This document shows, in pieces, positions 9,349 through 19,224 of a stretch of 64,000 nucleotides of DNA. Source of the stretch: Vicinamibacteria bacterium (GTDB lineage Bacteria; Acidobacteriota; Vicinamibacteria; Marinacidobacterales; Marinacidobacteraceae). Below the pieces are notes generated by a model. The model was not told the origin of the DNA. It did not search any database and saw only the letters and a program-made list of their open reading frames with translations. The translations under genes were made by a program, and so were the position numbers. Numbering within the stretch: the stretch's first letter is position 1; each line of letters begins with the position of its first letter. The DNA is taken from NCBI GenBank assembly GCA_965199715.1, contig OZ241322.1, forward strand, positions 2,272,001 through 2,336,000, given 5' to 3'.

Positions 9349-10592
9349 TGACCCCGGACTTCATCTCCTTTGATGAGACTTGGAGCCGCGTGCGAGCGAT
9401 CCTGTCCGAGGCCGATCTCCCACAGCGCGCCCGCCCCGTGTACCTCGTCCGTGACGCGCACGGGCGCATCCGGATCTCGGCGCCGCTGGCGTTGGAGGAC
9501 GACGGCCCGTGCAACGAGGCGCTGGATGCGTTGGCGGACCGGCTGGATCGGAGTCTCGGGCCGCATTCGGACGGGGCTCGGGGCAGCGTCCTGTATCTTG
9601 ACGATCAGTACCTGAACCTCCTCACCGGGACCCGACGCGAACTGCCGGAACTGCCCGGAGTATTCGCCGAGGAGCGCCTCTTCGTCGGCGAGCATTGGTG
9701 GGCGGTCAACGGCGCGAAGGAGTCCGGCGCCCGACGGTTCACGCTGTATTCGGTCAAGGGCGGCCTCGGATGCAGTACGACGGCCGCAGCCCTCTCCCGC
9801 CATCTGGCCGCGCAGGGCGAACGGGTGCTGGTCATGGATCTCGACCTTGAGTCGCCGGGCCTTGCCGCGGTGCTGGAGCCGGAGCGCCGACCGCGCTTCG
9901 GCGTGACCGACTGGTTCGTCGAGAACCTCGTGGGGCAGGGCGATCACGTGGCGGAGCGGATGCTCGGCTCCCCGGCGTGGGCCGATGCGCTCGGGGGCGA
10001 AGTACGCATCGCGCCGGCCGACGGCGCGACCCCGGGGGAATACCTCGCCAAGGTCGGCCGCGTCTATATGGAGCGTCTCGACTCGCTTTGGCCGGACCGA
10101 CTCGCGGGTCTCGTGGAACGTCTGGAGGCTCAGCTTCAGCCCACGACCGTGCTGATCGAGAGCCGCAGCCGCTTCCACGACATCGCCGCCGCGACCCTCA
10201 CCGATCTCGGGGCGGAAGTCCTGCTGTTCGCGACGGATGCCGAGAGTGTGTGGGCCGATTACGAAATCCTCTTCAAGCACTGGAAGGACAAGGGCTTGGC
10301 CGATGCGATCCGGGATCGGCTGACCTTCGTCTCGGCGCTTACGCCGGAACGCGACCGGGAGGCGTGCCGAAGCCGGTTCCGCTCGCGGACGGCGGAACTG
10401 ATGCGCACGCTCTACGGCGATTCCGGTGCGTTCCCCGAGCCGCTTGAAATCGGCTGGCATCCCGGGCTCGCGGCCGGGGCCTCGCTGCGGACTCTGGACG
10501 CTGAGGCTGTGGCGTCGGCGTACGGGAATTTCTGGAGGCCGCTTGCGGAGCGCCTGCCGCGAGGCGAGTTTGCCGGGGCTCAGGCTCCCTGA
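9348..10592 (+). CDS. ParA/MinD-like 'KGGVGR-motif variant' ATPase with degenerate Walker A
   Basis: N-terminal LVRDAHGRIRI domain, YSVKGGLGCSTTAAAL, VLVMDLDLESPGL, GVTDWFVE, YLAKVGR, LIESRSRFHDIAA. Confidence 0.75.
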   Translation: MTPDFISFDETWSRVRAILSEADLPQRARPVYLVRDAHGRIRISAPLALEDDGPCNEALDALADRLDRSLGPHSDGARGSVLYLDDQYLNLLTGTRRELPELPGVFAEERLFVGEHWWAVNGAKESGARRFTLYSVKGGLGCSTTAAALSRHLAAQGERVLVMDLDLESPGLAAVLEPERRPRFGVTDWFVENLVGQGDHVAERMLGSPAWADALGGEVRIAPADGATPGEYLAKVGRVYMERLDSLWPDRLAGLVERLEAQLQPTTVLIESRSRFHDIAAATLTDLGAEVLLFATDAESVWADYEILFKHWKDKGLADAIRDRLTFVSALTPERDREACRSRFRSRTAELMRTLYGDSGAFPEPLEIGWHPGLAAGASLRTLDAEAVASAYGNFWRPLAERLPRGEFAGAQAP

Positions 10593-10622
10593 ATGGACGC
10601 GCTAGCTCTGCTCATGGCGAAG

Positions 10623-11123
10623 TCAGGTGTCGTCTGGAGTCGGCGCAGACTCTGAGCGCACCTCGTCAAGCAGCGACTGCGCGAGCTCCAGCGTGCGGTC
10701 CAGCGGCGTGGTCTGAAGGTCGCCCGAGAGCTGCTTGAGCACGACTGGACACCCGGCGGCCGCCAAGCGATTGGCGACGTCCACGATTCGCTTGGGATCG
10801 CCGGTTTCAGGGCTGTCATGACCCAGGCGCGCCACTGAGACGACGGCGAGAAGGGAGCCGAGGTCTTCATCCATAATCTGTGACGTGTAGATGAACAACT
10901 TTCCCCACCGTGAGACCGGGCCCTGACGCGGCTCGAGCCCTCGCGCTAGGGCGGTTGCAACACTGAAGGCCCAGAAATCCACCTTCCTCCGAAAGGGGCG
11001 CTGTTCGACTCTCTCACGCTCCCCTGAGTGCATGCCCACGTAGCCGTTGACTGCGTCCTCGTGCTCTCGCGGCAGCATGAGCGACAGTCCTTGGGCGCGA
11101 AACAGATCTCGAAATTCACTCAC
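10623..11123 (-). CDS. Small Dnd-associated protein (dnd_assoc_4-like)
   Basis: PFRRKVDFWAFSVATAL and KRIVDVANRLAAAGCPVVLKQL resemble the pattern of DNA phosphorothioation-associated protein 4. It lies directly downstream of the DndD-like ATPase, with GAGGAG before the GTG. Confidence 0.55.
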   Translation of the reverse strand: MSEFRDLFRAQGLSLMLPREHEDAVNGYVGMHSGERERVEQRPFRRKVDFWAFSVATALARGLEPRQGPVSRWGKLFIYTSQIMDEDLGSLLAVVSVARLGHDSPETGDPKRIVDVANRLAAAGCPVVLKQLSGDLQTTPLDRTLELAQSLLDEVRSESAPTPDDT

Positions 11124-11135
11124 AGCGGACTCTCC

Positions 11136-13358
11136 TCAGCGCGGCTGCCAGGCCGGGTTCGCCGCCTGCCCGGCACGCTCGCACACCTTGCAGTACTGCC
11201 TTGGACCGCAAGGACACAGGAGCGACACCTTGCGGGCATCGGTCAGGTTGACCACATCTCCCCCGTGGTCCGTGTGTTGCCACTGCGCTGTCAGCGTGTA
11301 TGTGGCTCCGGCGTAGCGTGAAATCAGGTCGACTTCACTTTGGGCTTCCAAGTCGGACCCCGTGAGCAACAGAATGGGCTGGTTAGCCGTCTCGGCAGTG
11401 ATGCGCACCGTGTTGGTCCGGACGGCACCGGACATGAAGTTCAGCATCGAGTCCGCGACCAGGGGCGCGAGAGTCCGGCTGACCTTACACAGGGCCAGCA
11501 CGAACGAGAGCGCGAGAATCCTCCTTGACGCGCCATTGATCTCCGTGGGCGGCATCGATCGGCCTCGGCTGTTGAGCGCGAAGATCTCGTAGTCGCCCTC
11601 ACTCTGCTCCAACCGCGTGAGTCCAACCTGCTCGATCATGTGCATCTTGGCCTTGGGGCGGTCGTCCTCCATGCCGTCGTCGTCCATCACATTGGCGGCC
11701 ATGCGCAGAAACAACCGGTTCATTTCCTTCCCCAGCTCGGCTACCTGATCATCCCGAATGCGTGCTTGGGCATTGCGAATGATCTGGGCGAGGAGCGACG
11801 CCGTTTCCTCCTGCCGCTGCAGGTCACGAGCCTGCGTCTGGCCTCTTTGGGATCGACGGATCACGCCCTCAAGCCTTCCAATCTCCTGGCGCTGCCGGTC
11901 AGCGTTCTCCCTGTCACGGATCAGATCGCGCTCCAAGTTCTCCGATCGGGTCTCCAGCATCTCGATCTGTCCACGCACGGCCTCGATTCCCTGATCCTTG
12001 ATCGTCGAGAGCTTGCTCTCGATGTCTCGCATGGACTGGACGAGGCCGCCGAGTTCATCGTCACGTGCGCTGATCGTGGTTTCGAGGTCTTCCCGGCGCC
12101 GCATCCAGGAATCGCCGTCTCGGTGGGAGTGCAGCGCCCGTGCGGCCTGCAGAACTTGGGTCAGGTAGTCGGCGCGGTCCACCTGAACGCGGGAATCGGC
12201 CAAGACACGCCGAATCTTGTCTCGATGTTCCCCTTGTGCGGTCAAGTCTTGACCGCAAACACACGTGCCCTGATCGAGCAGGCCCTCGACGAACGCAAGA
12301 TGGCGGACTGGAATCGTGCCGTCGTCGTACAGTGGCTGCAGGCAATGGCAGACGTGTGCGATCTCTCGGGAAGCCAGCGCGGCCAGCAGTTCGACGGAGC
12401 CGATCGTGTTGGAGAGGGCTACCGCCGCCTCCCGTCGGTCCGCACGTGCTCGGAGTATGCGTTCCTCGTGCTCCTTTTTCCGGGCGAGAAGCTCGTCGTG
12501 GGCCCCGAGTCGGCTGATGCGGGCCTCGAGTTGGCCCCGCTGCTGCGCCAGATCATCGTCGATGTCGGTCTTCTCCTTTCTGTTCCGCTCCACTCGCTCC
12601 TCCAGCGCCTTGTTCGCCTGTCGGAGGCCATCCAATTCGTCCTGCTTGGCGTCCAGATCGTGGTCTCGCGCCGCCTTGGTCGCTTGCCGGCCCAGATCAT
12701 GTTCGATGGACCGAATTCGTCCTGCGGCTTCCTCGAATACCTCGAGGCCCAAGAGTGAGCGTACGGCGTAGGACGTCTTGGCGATGACGTCTTGTCGCCG
12801 GAGGCTCTTGTTCTCGCTTCCACCCACGAAATCGGCGGCCTCGTCCGCATCCATCACGAAGAAATCGCGCAGCTCCCAAGGCAACAGCTCCCGAATCATG
12901 GAATCGACGCCGTGTTCGTACGGCATCCAGCCGTCTTCCTCCTTTACGAGGAGCTGCGTCGATTCGTTGACCCGGTGGTAGTCCGGGTCTCCCGTCTCGG
13001 TGCCGCTTCGGGCCAGTGTCGTGACGGATCGGTGCAATTCGTATTCGGTCGTCGCCGGACCAGACTCGGGATGGTGGCGGGTCGAACCATCGGTCTCGAA
13101 GAGAATGGAGACACGGGTCTCGACTCCTGCGGCGTCCGGCTCCCACGATGCTGGGTGGAGGGAGAACTCGGCCGGGTTGCCGGGCAACCCCCTCTCTCCG
13201 TACATCCCCCATCGGATCGCTCGCAGCAGAGTGGTCTTTCCGGATCCGTTCTCCGCCCGTACCACCGTAAGGGGTTTGTTCCGGTCAGTGGACGGGAACA
13301 GTCTGAGGCGATCGAAGCACACGAAGTTCGTGATTTCGATTCGACGAATCAGCAGCAT
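11136..13358 (-). CDS. DndD-like SMC/Rad50-type coiled-coil ABC ATPase with CxC zinc hook
   Basis: IEITNFVCF, Walker A AENGSGKTTLL, FFVMDAD (Q-loop region), long coiled coils with central CVCGQ, signature INGASRRILALSF, Walker B LVADS, Cys-rich tail CPC..YCKVC. Confidence 0.8.
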   Translation of the reverse strand: MLLIRRIEITNFVCFDRLRLFPSTDRNKPLTVVRAENGSGKTTLLRAIRWGMYGERGLPGNPAEFSLHPASWEPDAAGVETRVSILFETDGSTRHHPESGPATTEYELHRSVTTLARSGTETGDPDYHRVNESTQLLVKEEDGWMPYEHGVDSMIRELLPWELRDFFVMDADEAADFVGGSENKSLRRQDVIAKTSYAVRSLLGLEVFEEAAGRIRSIEHDLGRQATKAARDHDLDAKQDELDGLRQANKALEERVERNRKEKTDIDDDLAQQRGQLEARISRLGAHDELLARKKEHEERILRARADRREAAVALSNTIGSVELLAALASREIAHVCHCLQPLYDDGTIPVRHLAFVEGLLDQGTCVCGQDLTAQGEHRDKIRRVLADSRVQVDRADYLTQVLQAARALHSHRDGDSWMRRREDLETTISARDDELGGLVQSMRDIESKLSTIKDQGIEAVRGQIEMLETRSENLERDLIRDRENADRQRQEIGRLEGVIRRSQRGQTQARDLQRQEETASLLAQIIRNAQARIRDDQVAELGKEMNRLFLRMAANVMDDDGMEDDRPKAKMHMIEQVGLTRLEQSEGDYEIFALNSRGRSMPPTEINGASRRILALSFVLALCKVSRTLAPLVADSMLNFMSGAVRTNTVRITAETANQPILLLTGSDLEAQSEVDLISRYAGATYTLTAQWQHTDHGGDVVNLTDARKVSLLCPCGPRQYCKVCERAGQAANPAWQPR

Positions 13359-13579
13359 CAGGAACTCTCCGGTGGGTGGGGCCGCTTCACAGCGCTCTCG
13401 ATCAGGGATCGAATTTCCTGGCGAATTCTCGGATGGGCCTTGATCCGATGCTGGTCCTCAAGATCAACGATTTCCATGACGAGCTTTACGACGTCCTCCG
13501 GGTCAAGTTTGTACGAGGGGGCGAGCCGACTCGCCTCTCTTCGGATCTCCGCAAGGAGTCGCTCAAAGTTGCTTACCAT
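13358..13579 (-). CDS. Small helical protein between helicase and CxC ATPase (73 aa)
   Basis: MVSNFERLLAEIRREASRLAPSYKLDPEDVVKLVMEIVDLEDQHRIKAHPRIRQEIRSLIES. Start overlaps the helicase stop; stop overlaps the ATPase ATG (TGATG). Confidence 0.72.
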   Translation of the reverse strand: MVSNFERLLAEIRREASRLAPSYKLDPEDVVKLVMEIVDLEDQHRIKAHPRIRQEIRSLIESAVKRPHPPESS

Positions 13580-15777
13580 GGCCTTCCCTTCGGCGTGGTC
13601 GTGGCCACCCAGTGCTCGTGAGGGCCGCTGAGGAGTGGGGGCCGTGCGCCTCCGAGTGGCCAGTAGGCTTGTGTGAGGCGCTCCAGATCGGCGGCGACCC
13701 CGTTCGGCCCCGCAAGGTTCTCGGCGTACCGTCCGAAGGCTTGGGCTCGGCTCAGTTCGGTTCGGACGATTCCCGCCACGGAGGGGTTTCCGTCGCTTCG
13801 AACCACGGACACCGGCGGCAGCCCGAGGAAATCGTGGACGATCGCTCTCGGCTTCGACGGGTGCATGCGCAGGACCCGGCCTCGCCGCTGTACCCACTCT
13901 CGCTCGACGGTTGACGATGCGACGATGAACGCCTCTCGGACGCTTGGGATATCGACCCCCTCGTCAAGTACGCGCTTGGCGAGAAGCACTTGGATTGCCC
14001 CCTCGGTGAACGAGTCAAGCACCCTCGCCAAGAGTCGAGGCTTCGCTGTCGTGTCCTGCGTGACTTGTGACCACCGAACACCGAGTTCGGTCAACACGCG
14101 CCCGATGTCTGTGAACTGGCTGGGTCGTTTCGCCGAGGCGTAGATGAGCGTGTGCTCAAGTTCGCTCGGCTCCCGGCGCAGCAATACAACCCGCAGCAAA
14201 TCGATCTTCGTTTGCGCGGTCTCGACGATGCGCCGGCGTGCGATGAGGAGCCGTCGCACGGCCTCATCTCCATCGTCGGACGCCATCGCTGCGCCGATGC
14301 GCTGGCTCAGGCGCTCGAACTCCTCAAGCTCGTCTCCGCCCAGAGTACAGGCGTGCACGTAGTACCGGTAAGGCACCAGGCAGAACCCAATCGCTCGGTC
14401 CAAGCCGAACTCGTACGCTGTTTTTCCGAAGAAATCGAAGATGGCCTCGGTCCCGTCGGGGTCGTATTGCCGCTCCGGCGTGGCGGACAGCGCAAGGCGC
14501 CTCTGGAAGAACTCCGGCTTGTTCTGGACGAACGAGTCCGCTCCAAGCGTGTGCGCCTCATCGCCGATGAGCATCGTCTCGACCGGTTCAGGCGCCGACC
14601 GGAGCTTCTGCTCCACCGTCCTCTGGAATCGCGCCGAGCAGAGCAGCCTGTTCGTCGCGACAACTACATGAGTTCCACCTCGCCGGAGGCTCCGGAAGAG
14701 TTGTGTGAGCTGCCTGTCAACGTCGCCGAGGCTCGGCGCGATCGCCTTCATGCCGAACTTCTTCACCTCGTCGCGCCACTGCAACACGAGCGGAACCGAA
14801 GGAGCCGAGATCACGACCAAGAATGCTTGGTGGTTCTTGAGGCGATCCTGGCAGCGGGCGGCGCAGATCAGCGCAGTGAGCGTCTTTCCCGCTCCAGTGG
14901 CCATCGCGATCACGCCGGTCTCGGGAGCTTCACCGCCTTCCCAAGCCTCTACCGCCTCCCCTTGATGAGCATACGGACCCGTCCTCCACTCAAGACCTGA
15001 CGGGATGCGCAGCCGGCGGACCGGGAGTGGCGCTGGTGCGGGAAGGGGATTCGGGGGCCGAATGAGGCGCTCGTAGTCGGCTGGTCTCGGGGCGGTTTCC
15101 GGCGCTGCCCGGATGATGTCCTCGCGCAGGGCGTCCGGTAGGTCCAGAACCCGGTGGATGCCGGCGCTCTCACCTTTCGTCCAGTCGCTCAGCGTCTTCA
15201 GGCCGGTGTGCACCCGTGCGGCGCTGTCAGCCACCCAAGAGACGTCCACGTCAAGGTGCTCGACGCCAGCAGCGACGCCTCGGCCCGTCGCGTTGCCGGA
15301 GCCTCGAGCCAGTACCTGATTGGTGCCGTCGTCAAACAGCCAAAGCTTCGGGTGGTAGTTGGACTCCGGTGTCGGGACGGCGATTCGCAGGCGAAGGCGA
15401 TTCGTGGCGATCATCCAGGAGAGGCAGTCCAGCGCGTGACGTGCGAGGCCGCCGCTCGTGGGTCGGCCGCGCAGGAAGACGTGGCCCACCAGCTCAGCCG
15501 CCTGCGTGTCGCTCATCTGCACTCCGCGCTCGATCGCCGAACGCTCGTCGGGGAACAGCGCCGGAGCGACGGTGAACTCCAACGGCTTGGCGTTCTCTCG
15601 GTTGAGGTAGAGGGCGAGGCCCGGCGCCAGTTGCCCGATCCAACCAGCCGTGAACCATCCGAATGCGCCCTTGACCGATGTCGCGGCGCGGAACCCGGGA
15701 ATGAGCACTTGAGCGGCCACGGGCTCGTCCGGGAGCCTGTAGAGCCTTGGCTCCAGTGTGCGCTCGTCCGAGAGCAT
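13573..15777 (-). CDS. HKD/PLD-nuclease fused to SF2 DEAH helicase (Dnd-associated restriction-enzyme type)
   Basis: GWFT motif, YHPKLWLFDD..RGSGNAT (PLD-like), MATGAGKT, IGDEAH, LSATPER, LDEGVDIP, QRRGRVLR. ATG at 15777 lies 2 nt after the upstream stop. Confidence 0.85.
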   Translation of the reverse strand: MLSDERTLEPRLYRLPDEPVAAQVLIPGFRAATSVKGAFGWFTAGWIGQLAPGLALYLNRENAKPLEFTVAPALFPDERSAIERGVQMSDTQAAELVGHVFLRGRPTSGGLARHALDCLSWMIATNRLRLRIAVPTPESNYHPKLWLFDDGTNQVLARGSGNATGRGVAAGVEHLDVDVSWVADSAARVHTGLKTLSDWTKGESAGIHRVLDLPDALREDIIRAAPETAPRPADYERLIRPPNPLPAPAPLPVRRLRIPSGLEWRTGPYAHQGEAVEAWEGGEAPETGVIAMATGAGKTLTALICAARCQDRLKNHQAFLVVISAPSVPLVLQWRDEVKKFGMKAIAPSLGDVDRQLTQLFRSLRRGGTHVVVATNRLLCSARFQRTVEQKLRSAPEPVETMLIGDEAHTLGADSFVQNKPEFFQRRLALSATPERQYDPDGTEAIFDFFGKTAYEFGLDRAIGFCLVPYRYYVHACTLGGDELEEFERLSQRIGAAMASDDGDEAVRRLLIARRRIVETAQTKIDLLRVVLLRREPSELEHTLIYASAKRPSQFTDIGRVLTELGVRWSQVTQDTTAKPRLLARVLDSFTEGAIQVLLAKRVLDEGVDIPSVREAFIVASSTVEREWVQRRGRVLRMHPSKPRAIVHDFLGLPPVSVVRSDGNPSVAGIVRTELSRAQAFGRYAENLAGPNGVAADLERLTQAYWPLGGARPPLLSGPHEHWVATTTPKGRPW

Positions 15778-15779
15778 CG

Positions 15780-17729
15780 CTAGGACGGTCGGCGCCGGCG
15801 GAGCATGCGCTGCAAGAGGGCGTCCGCATCGCCCACCTGATTCGCTTCCGTCGATGCGTCGCCGGAGCTCAGTTTCGCGGAACCGGGGCCGAGGATTGTC
15901 ACTCTGGCCCGGTCGCCCGGTTGAAGGCCGAGGCGCCGCAACGGCCCTGAGACGTAGCCGAGCGTTGCGCCGGTCGGGGAAGCCAGCTTCCATCGCAACG
16001 ACATTTCCCGACAGCCAATGGGACTCTCCAACGAGACCGCCACGCCGGAATCGGGCTCGCATCCGAGCGCCTTGGCGATCTCCCCGGGAACCCCGGTCAC
16101 GCTGTGGCCCTCGAAGTAGCGGCCATCCACGACGAAGCTCCAGTAGGGTGCGCCCTCGTCGTCATGTCCGTGCACTACGTCGTCCAACGGCCTTAGCTGG
16201 ACGGAGGAGGCGCTGGCCAGACTGATCATCCCGTCACGCACCGAGAAGCGAGCAGTCTTCATGTATGCCTCAACGCTCGTGGCCTGAACGCCGAATTTGG
16301 CGGGAATCTCCGCCAGTAGCCTCTTGGTCGTCGTGACGCCTCCGTCCTCGTCGATTCGCTGGATGATCTCGCCGACGATGCCGTCGTATTCATCGTCGAT
16401 CCACTCCTTGAGTCCCCAACGTTCCTTGTCGGCTCGCACGACGCTCGGAACGCTGGAGAGCGTGGCACCGACTCGAAGGGGATCAGCGATCCCGGAAGCG
16501 GCGGCGATTTCGGCCTTCGTGGCGGGTCTTCCGATGGAGATCAGAGCTGCTTTGGCCCGTGCTTTGGCTGTATCCCGACGCGCTAGCAGCCCACGGATAC
16601 GGTGCAGTCGATTGTGTCGGAGCAGCCAGTCCCAGAATCGCTCTCGGTAGTCCTCCGGGACATGCTGCATCAGAGCAGCCTCGACGATAAGGCCCACATC
16701 GTCTGCGAGCTCACCAACGCCATTCTGGAACTCCGAGAGGAACTGCCGACCGCGCTCATCAACGAAGACACCGGCTTCCAGCGAGTACCGCATGGCGTCC
16801 AGCAACGCGCTTTGGAATAGGCGGGTAGTGATCTGGTCTTCATCCGGCGAGATGTCGTCGAGGACTCGCCGCATGTCATTCTCAGACAAGATGGGATCGA
16901 GTTGGTCGTGGATCGTCGAGGCGACGACCCCCATCTCCGCACCAAGAGCGACACGAAGTTTCCGATGGATCTTTGCTTCCAACTGGCGAACGCGCTCCCG
17001 GGTCACGCCGAGTCGCTCGCCGAGCGCCTCCAGCGTGTCGCGCTTCTCACCGAGAAGTCGCCCCTCCAGAATCAGGCGATTCCGCTCGTCGAGCGCTTCC
17101 ACCGTACGGCCCAGCCGCCGGATGATGAGTACCGGGAGGCTGGGAGTCCCGGCAGCGAGGTCACGAACCTCAACCTCTTGGAGAGCCGCTTTGACTTCCA
17201 TCCGATCCGCCAGCACAACAAGTTCGGAGCACAGCGCCTCAAGGAGCGTCTGGGGGCCGCGCAGGTCGGCCGCAGTGGCGAGAAGCGTGCTGAGCGTGGG
17301 TGCGATCTCGCCCCAGCGTTGAGCGCTCTTCGGCAGCGCCTCTACTCGATCGGCTGACGTCACGGCGGCCTGAACGTCTTCCATCGCCTGCATGCGATCG
17401 GTCAGGAACGTCTCGAGCGCAGACAGGAGATCCCGGAGTGATGTCCATCCGAAACCCCTCATCCGCAGCAGCTCCTGCACCGTGAGTGCGCCGTCGCCCT
17501 GCGCAAATTCCTTCTGCCGACAGCAGTTGGCCGTTCGCACCTTCAGGACGAGCCAGCGCACAGTCGATCGCTCGAGGCCGGGGGGCCAAGCGATGGCGTG
17601 GAGTTCGGTCCGGGTGCCCTTGCGAACTGTGCGCAGCGCTGCGGAAATGGCTTGCAGATGGAGCCGTGCGGCCTCGGCTGAAGGGACCACTGTTCCCAGC
17701 GACCCGTCAGGCCGCGACATTCGGCTCAT
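15780..17729 (-). CDS. Multi-HTH DNA-binding protein: RNAP alpha-CTD-like HhH, sigma70 region-4-like HTH, winged helices
   Basis: LTVQELLRMRGFGWTSLRDL (alphaCTD-like), LDERNRLILEGRLLGEKRDTLEALGERLGVTRERVRQLEAK (sigma4), ATKAEIAAAS..RWGLKEW. No sigma region 2. Start at 17729 or 17720. Confidence 0.72.
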   Translation of the reverse strand: MSRMSRPDGSLGTVVPSAEAARLHLQAISAALRTVRKGTRTELHAIAWPPGLERSTVRWLVLKVRTANCCRQKEFAQGDGALTVQELLRMRGFGWTSLRDLLSALETFLTDRMQAMEDVQAAVTSADRVEALPKSAQRWGEIAPTLSTLLATAADLRGPQTLLEALCSELVVLADRMEVKAALQEVEVRDLAAGTPSLPVLIIRRLGRTVEALDERNRLILEGRLLGEKRDTLEALGERLGVTRERVRQLEAKIHRKLRVALGAEMGVVASTIHDQLDPILSENDMRRVLDDISPDEDQITTRLFQSALLDAMRYSLEAGVFVDERGRQFLSEFQNGVGELADDVGLIVEAALMQHVPEDYRERFWDWLLRHNRLHRIRGLLARRDTAKARAKAALISIGRPATKAEIAAASGIADPLRVGATLSSVPSVVRADKERWGLKEWIDDEYDGIVGEIIQRIDEDGGVTTTKRLLAEIPAKFGVQATSVEAYMKTARFSVRDGMISLASASSVQLRPLDDVVHGHDDEGAPYWSFVVDGRYFEGHSVTGVPGEIAKALGCEPDSGVAVSLESPIGCREMSLRWKLASPTGATLGYVSGPLRRLGLQPGDRARVTILGPGSAKLSSGDASTEANQVGDADALLQRMLRRRRPS

Positions 17730-19224
17730 CACCCGGCGGGTGCGTCGCAGCACTGCGGATCAATCGGTGTCCCCTCAGAGAGAGACCCTTTTCCTGAAGT
17801 CGCCGGATCCATCCATCGCGAGTGCCGATTCGAGGTGTGTCGCTGTAGAGGCCCTTCGACTCCTCGATCCGGGTCAGACGGGCGAACTTCGGGCGCAACG
17901 GATGCTCGGGCAGAACGAACGCTTCCTTCCGGTGGAGAATCGGGGGGTTCCGGGACGCTGCGTAACTTCTTTCCCGTACATTGAAGCTCTGGAGGTGCAC
18001 CGTCAGGGAATCGCGGAGGGCCGGGTGAGGATCGGACTCGAAGTCCGGGTATGAGAGGTAGGACACCAAGGGTTCGTCGACGTGAAGCTTGACCACGTTG
18101 GCTCCGGCTACATGGCCGATGTACCTTCTGGCGCAGCCTTCGTAGAGCCTGAGCGCGAGGGGGAGCCCCTCCAGCGCACTCTTGTGGACGTAGATGGCGG
18201 TCGGCATGCGCTTCCCGACCGAGGACTGTCGGGCTGCCCTCGCAATCCGAGTCGGATCTCCGATGGCCAGGAGCGCCCGGTCCGCCTCCTCGCACGCTCG
18301 CCGATATGTGGAGAACAGGCTTCTGAGGTCCCGCTGTAGGACGGTAGGCAGACGGCCCATGGGGACCCGCCCGTCAAAGCGGCTCAGCGCGAGGAAGAGC
18401 AACAATTCCTGAGTTCTCGCAGCGATGATGAGTCTCCACTGGCGGCGGTCGTGCGTGCGCTCAATGAGTCGAAATGCTCGGCGCACGCTCCCGAAGCGCT
18501 CGGCGATCCGTTGAGGGTCACTCAGCTCATCTTCCCGTGGGGCGCGAGCGTGGCGGTGGAAGAAGGCGATCAGGGGCTCCAAGAGCTCCCGGTGTTCCAG
18601 AACGATCGACACGGCGGTCGTGCGGCTCCGAACCGTGGTCCCCTCGAATCGGCGCGCCAGGAAGGCTGCCCGGTCGGTGCTGTCCCGGAAGACGTAGAAG
18701 ACCCCCGGCGCTGCGGCGACGGCACGTTTGCCGAGCACGGCTTCGACCCAGTCCGCCAGCTCGCGCTGCTCGTAGAATTTCTGGAAGGTTCCGATTGACG
18801 TGACGCACCCATCCGCATGATGTCCGGTTGGGACAAGCCCCGTGGACTGCGAGGCGAGACGCGCCGAAACGATGAGTGCCTTTCGGGCGAAAGACCACGC
18901 CTTGCGAAGGCACTCCGCCCTCTCTATTGGATCCTCGATGACGTTCACGACGTATCCGAGGTTCACAATCTGGGCGGGCGCGCGGGAGTCAGGGCCTTGA
19001 TGCGCCGGGTCCCACCCCCAGCTCTTGATGCCCCGACGGCGCAAATTTCGGACATCGTCACCGAGTCCGCAGCCGTAGTCGAACACACTCGTTGACGGTG
19101 TGATGAGTCCGTCCGACAAGGCAGCGGCGACCGGCCGGGAAAGGTCCAGGCGAGCGATGGCGGTGCGACGGCGATTTCGGCTGAGCGCCGCCGCGCCATC
19201 CCGACACTCTGCGTAGCGCTTCAG
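17707..19224 (-). CDS. DNA phosphorothioation-associated putative methyltransferase
   Basis: RTAIARLDLSRPV, VFDYGCGLGDDV, WGWDP, VNLGYVVNVIEDPIER, TFQKFYEQREL, VSYLSYPDFESDPHPAL, NPPILHRKE: the hallmark pattern of this family (TIGR04096 from memory). Start uncertain (CTG ~19224). Confidence 0.85.
   Translation of the reverse strand: MKRYAECRDGAAALSRNRRRTAIARLDLSRPVAAALSDGLITPSTSVFDYGCGLGDDVRNLRRRGIKSWGWDPAHQGPDSRAPAQIVNLGYVVNVIEDPIERAECLRKAWSFARKALIVSARLASQSTGLVPTGHHADGCVTSIGTFQKFYEQRELADWVEAVLGKRAVAAAPGVFYVFRDSTDRAAFLARRFEGTTVRSRTTAVSIVLEHRELLEPLIAFFHRHARAPREDELSDPQRIAERFGSVRRAFRLIERTHDRRQWRLIIAARTQELLLFLALSRFDGRVPMGRLPTVLQRDLRSLFSTYRRACEEADRALLAIGDPTRIARAARQSSVGKRMPTAIYVHKSALEGLPLALRLYEGCARRYIGHVAGANVVKLHVDEPLVSYLSYPDFESDPHPALRDSLTVHLQSFNVRERSYAASRNPPILHRKEAFVLPEHPLRPKFARLTRIEESKGLYSDTPRIGTRDGWIRRLQEKGLSLRGHRLIRSAATHPPGDEPNVAA

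Noticed and set aside
15780-17729. Genuine sigma factor or rpoA
   Set aside because: No sigma region 2 and no alpha N-terminal domain.
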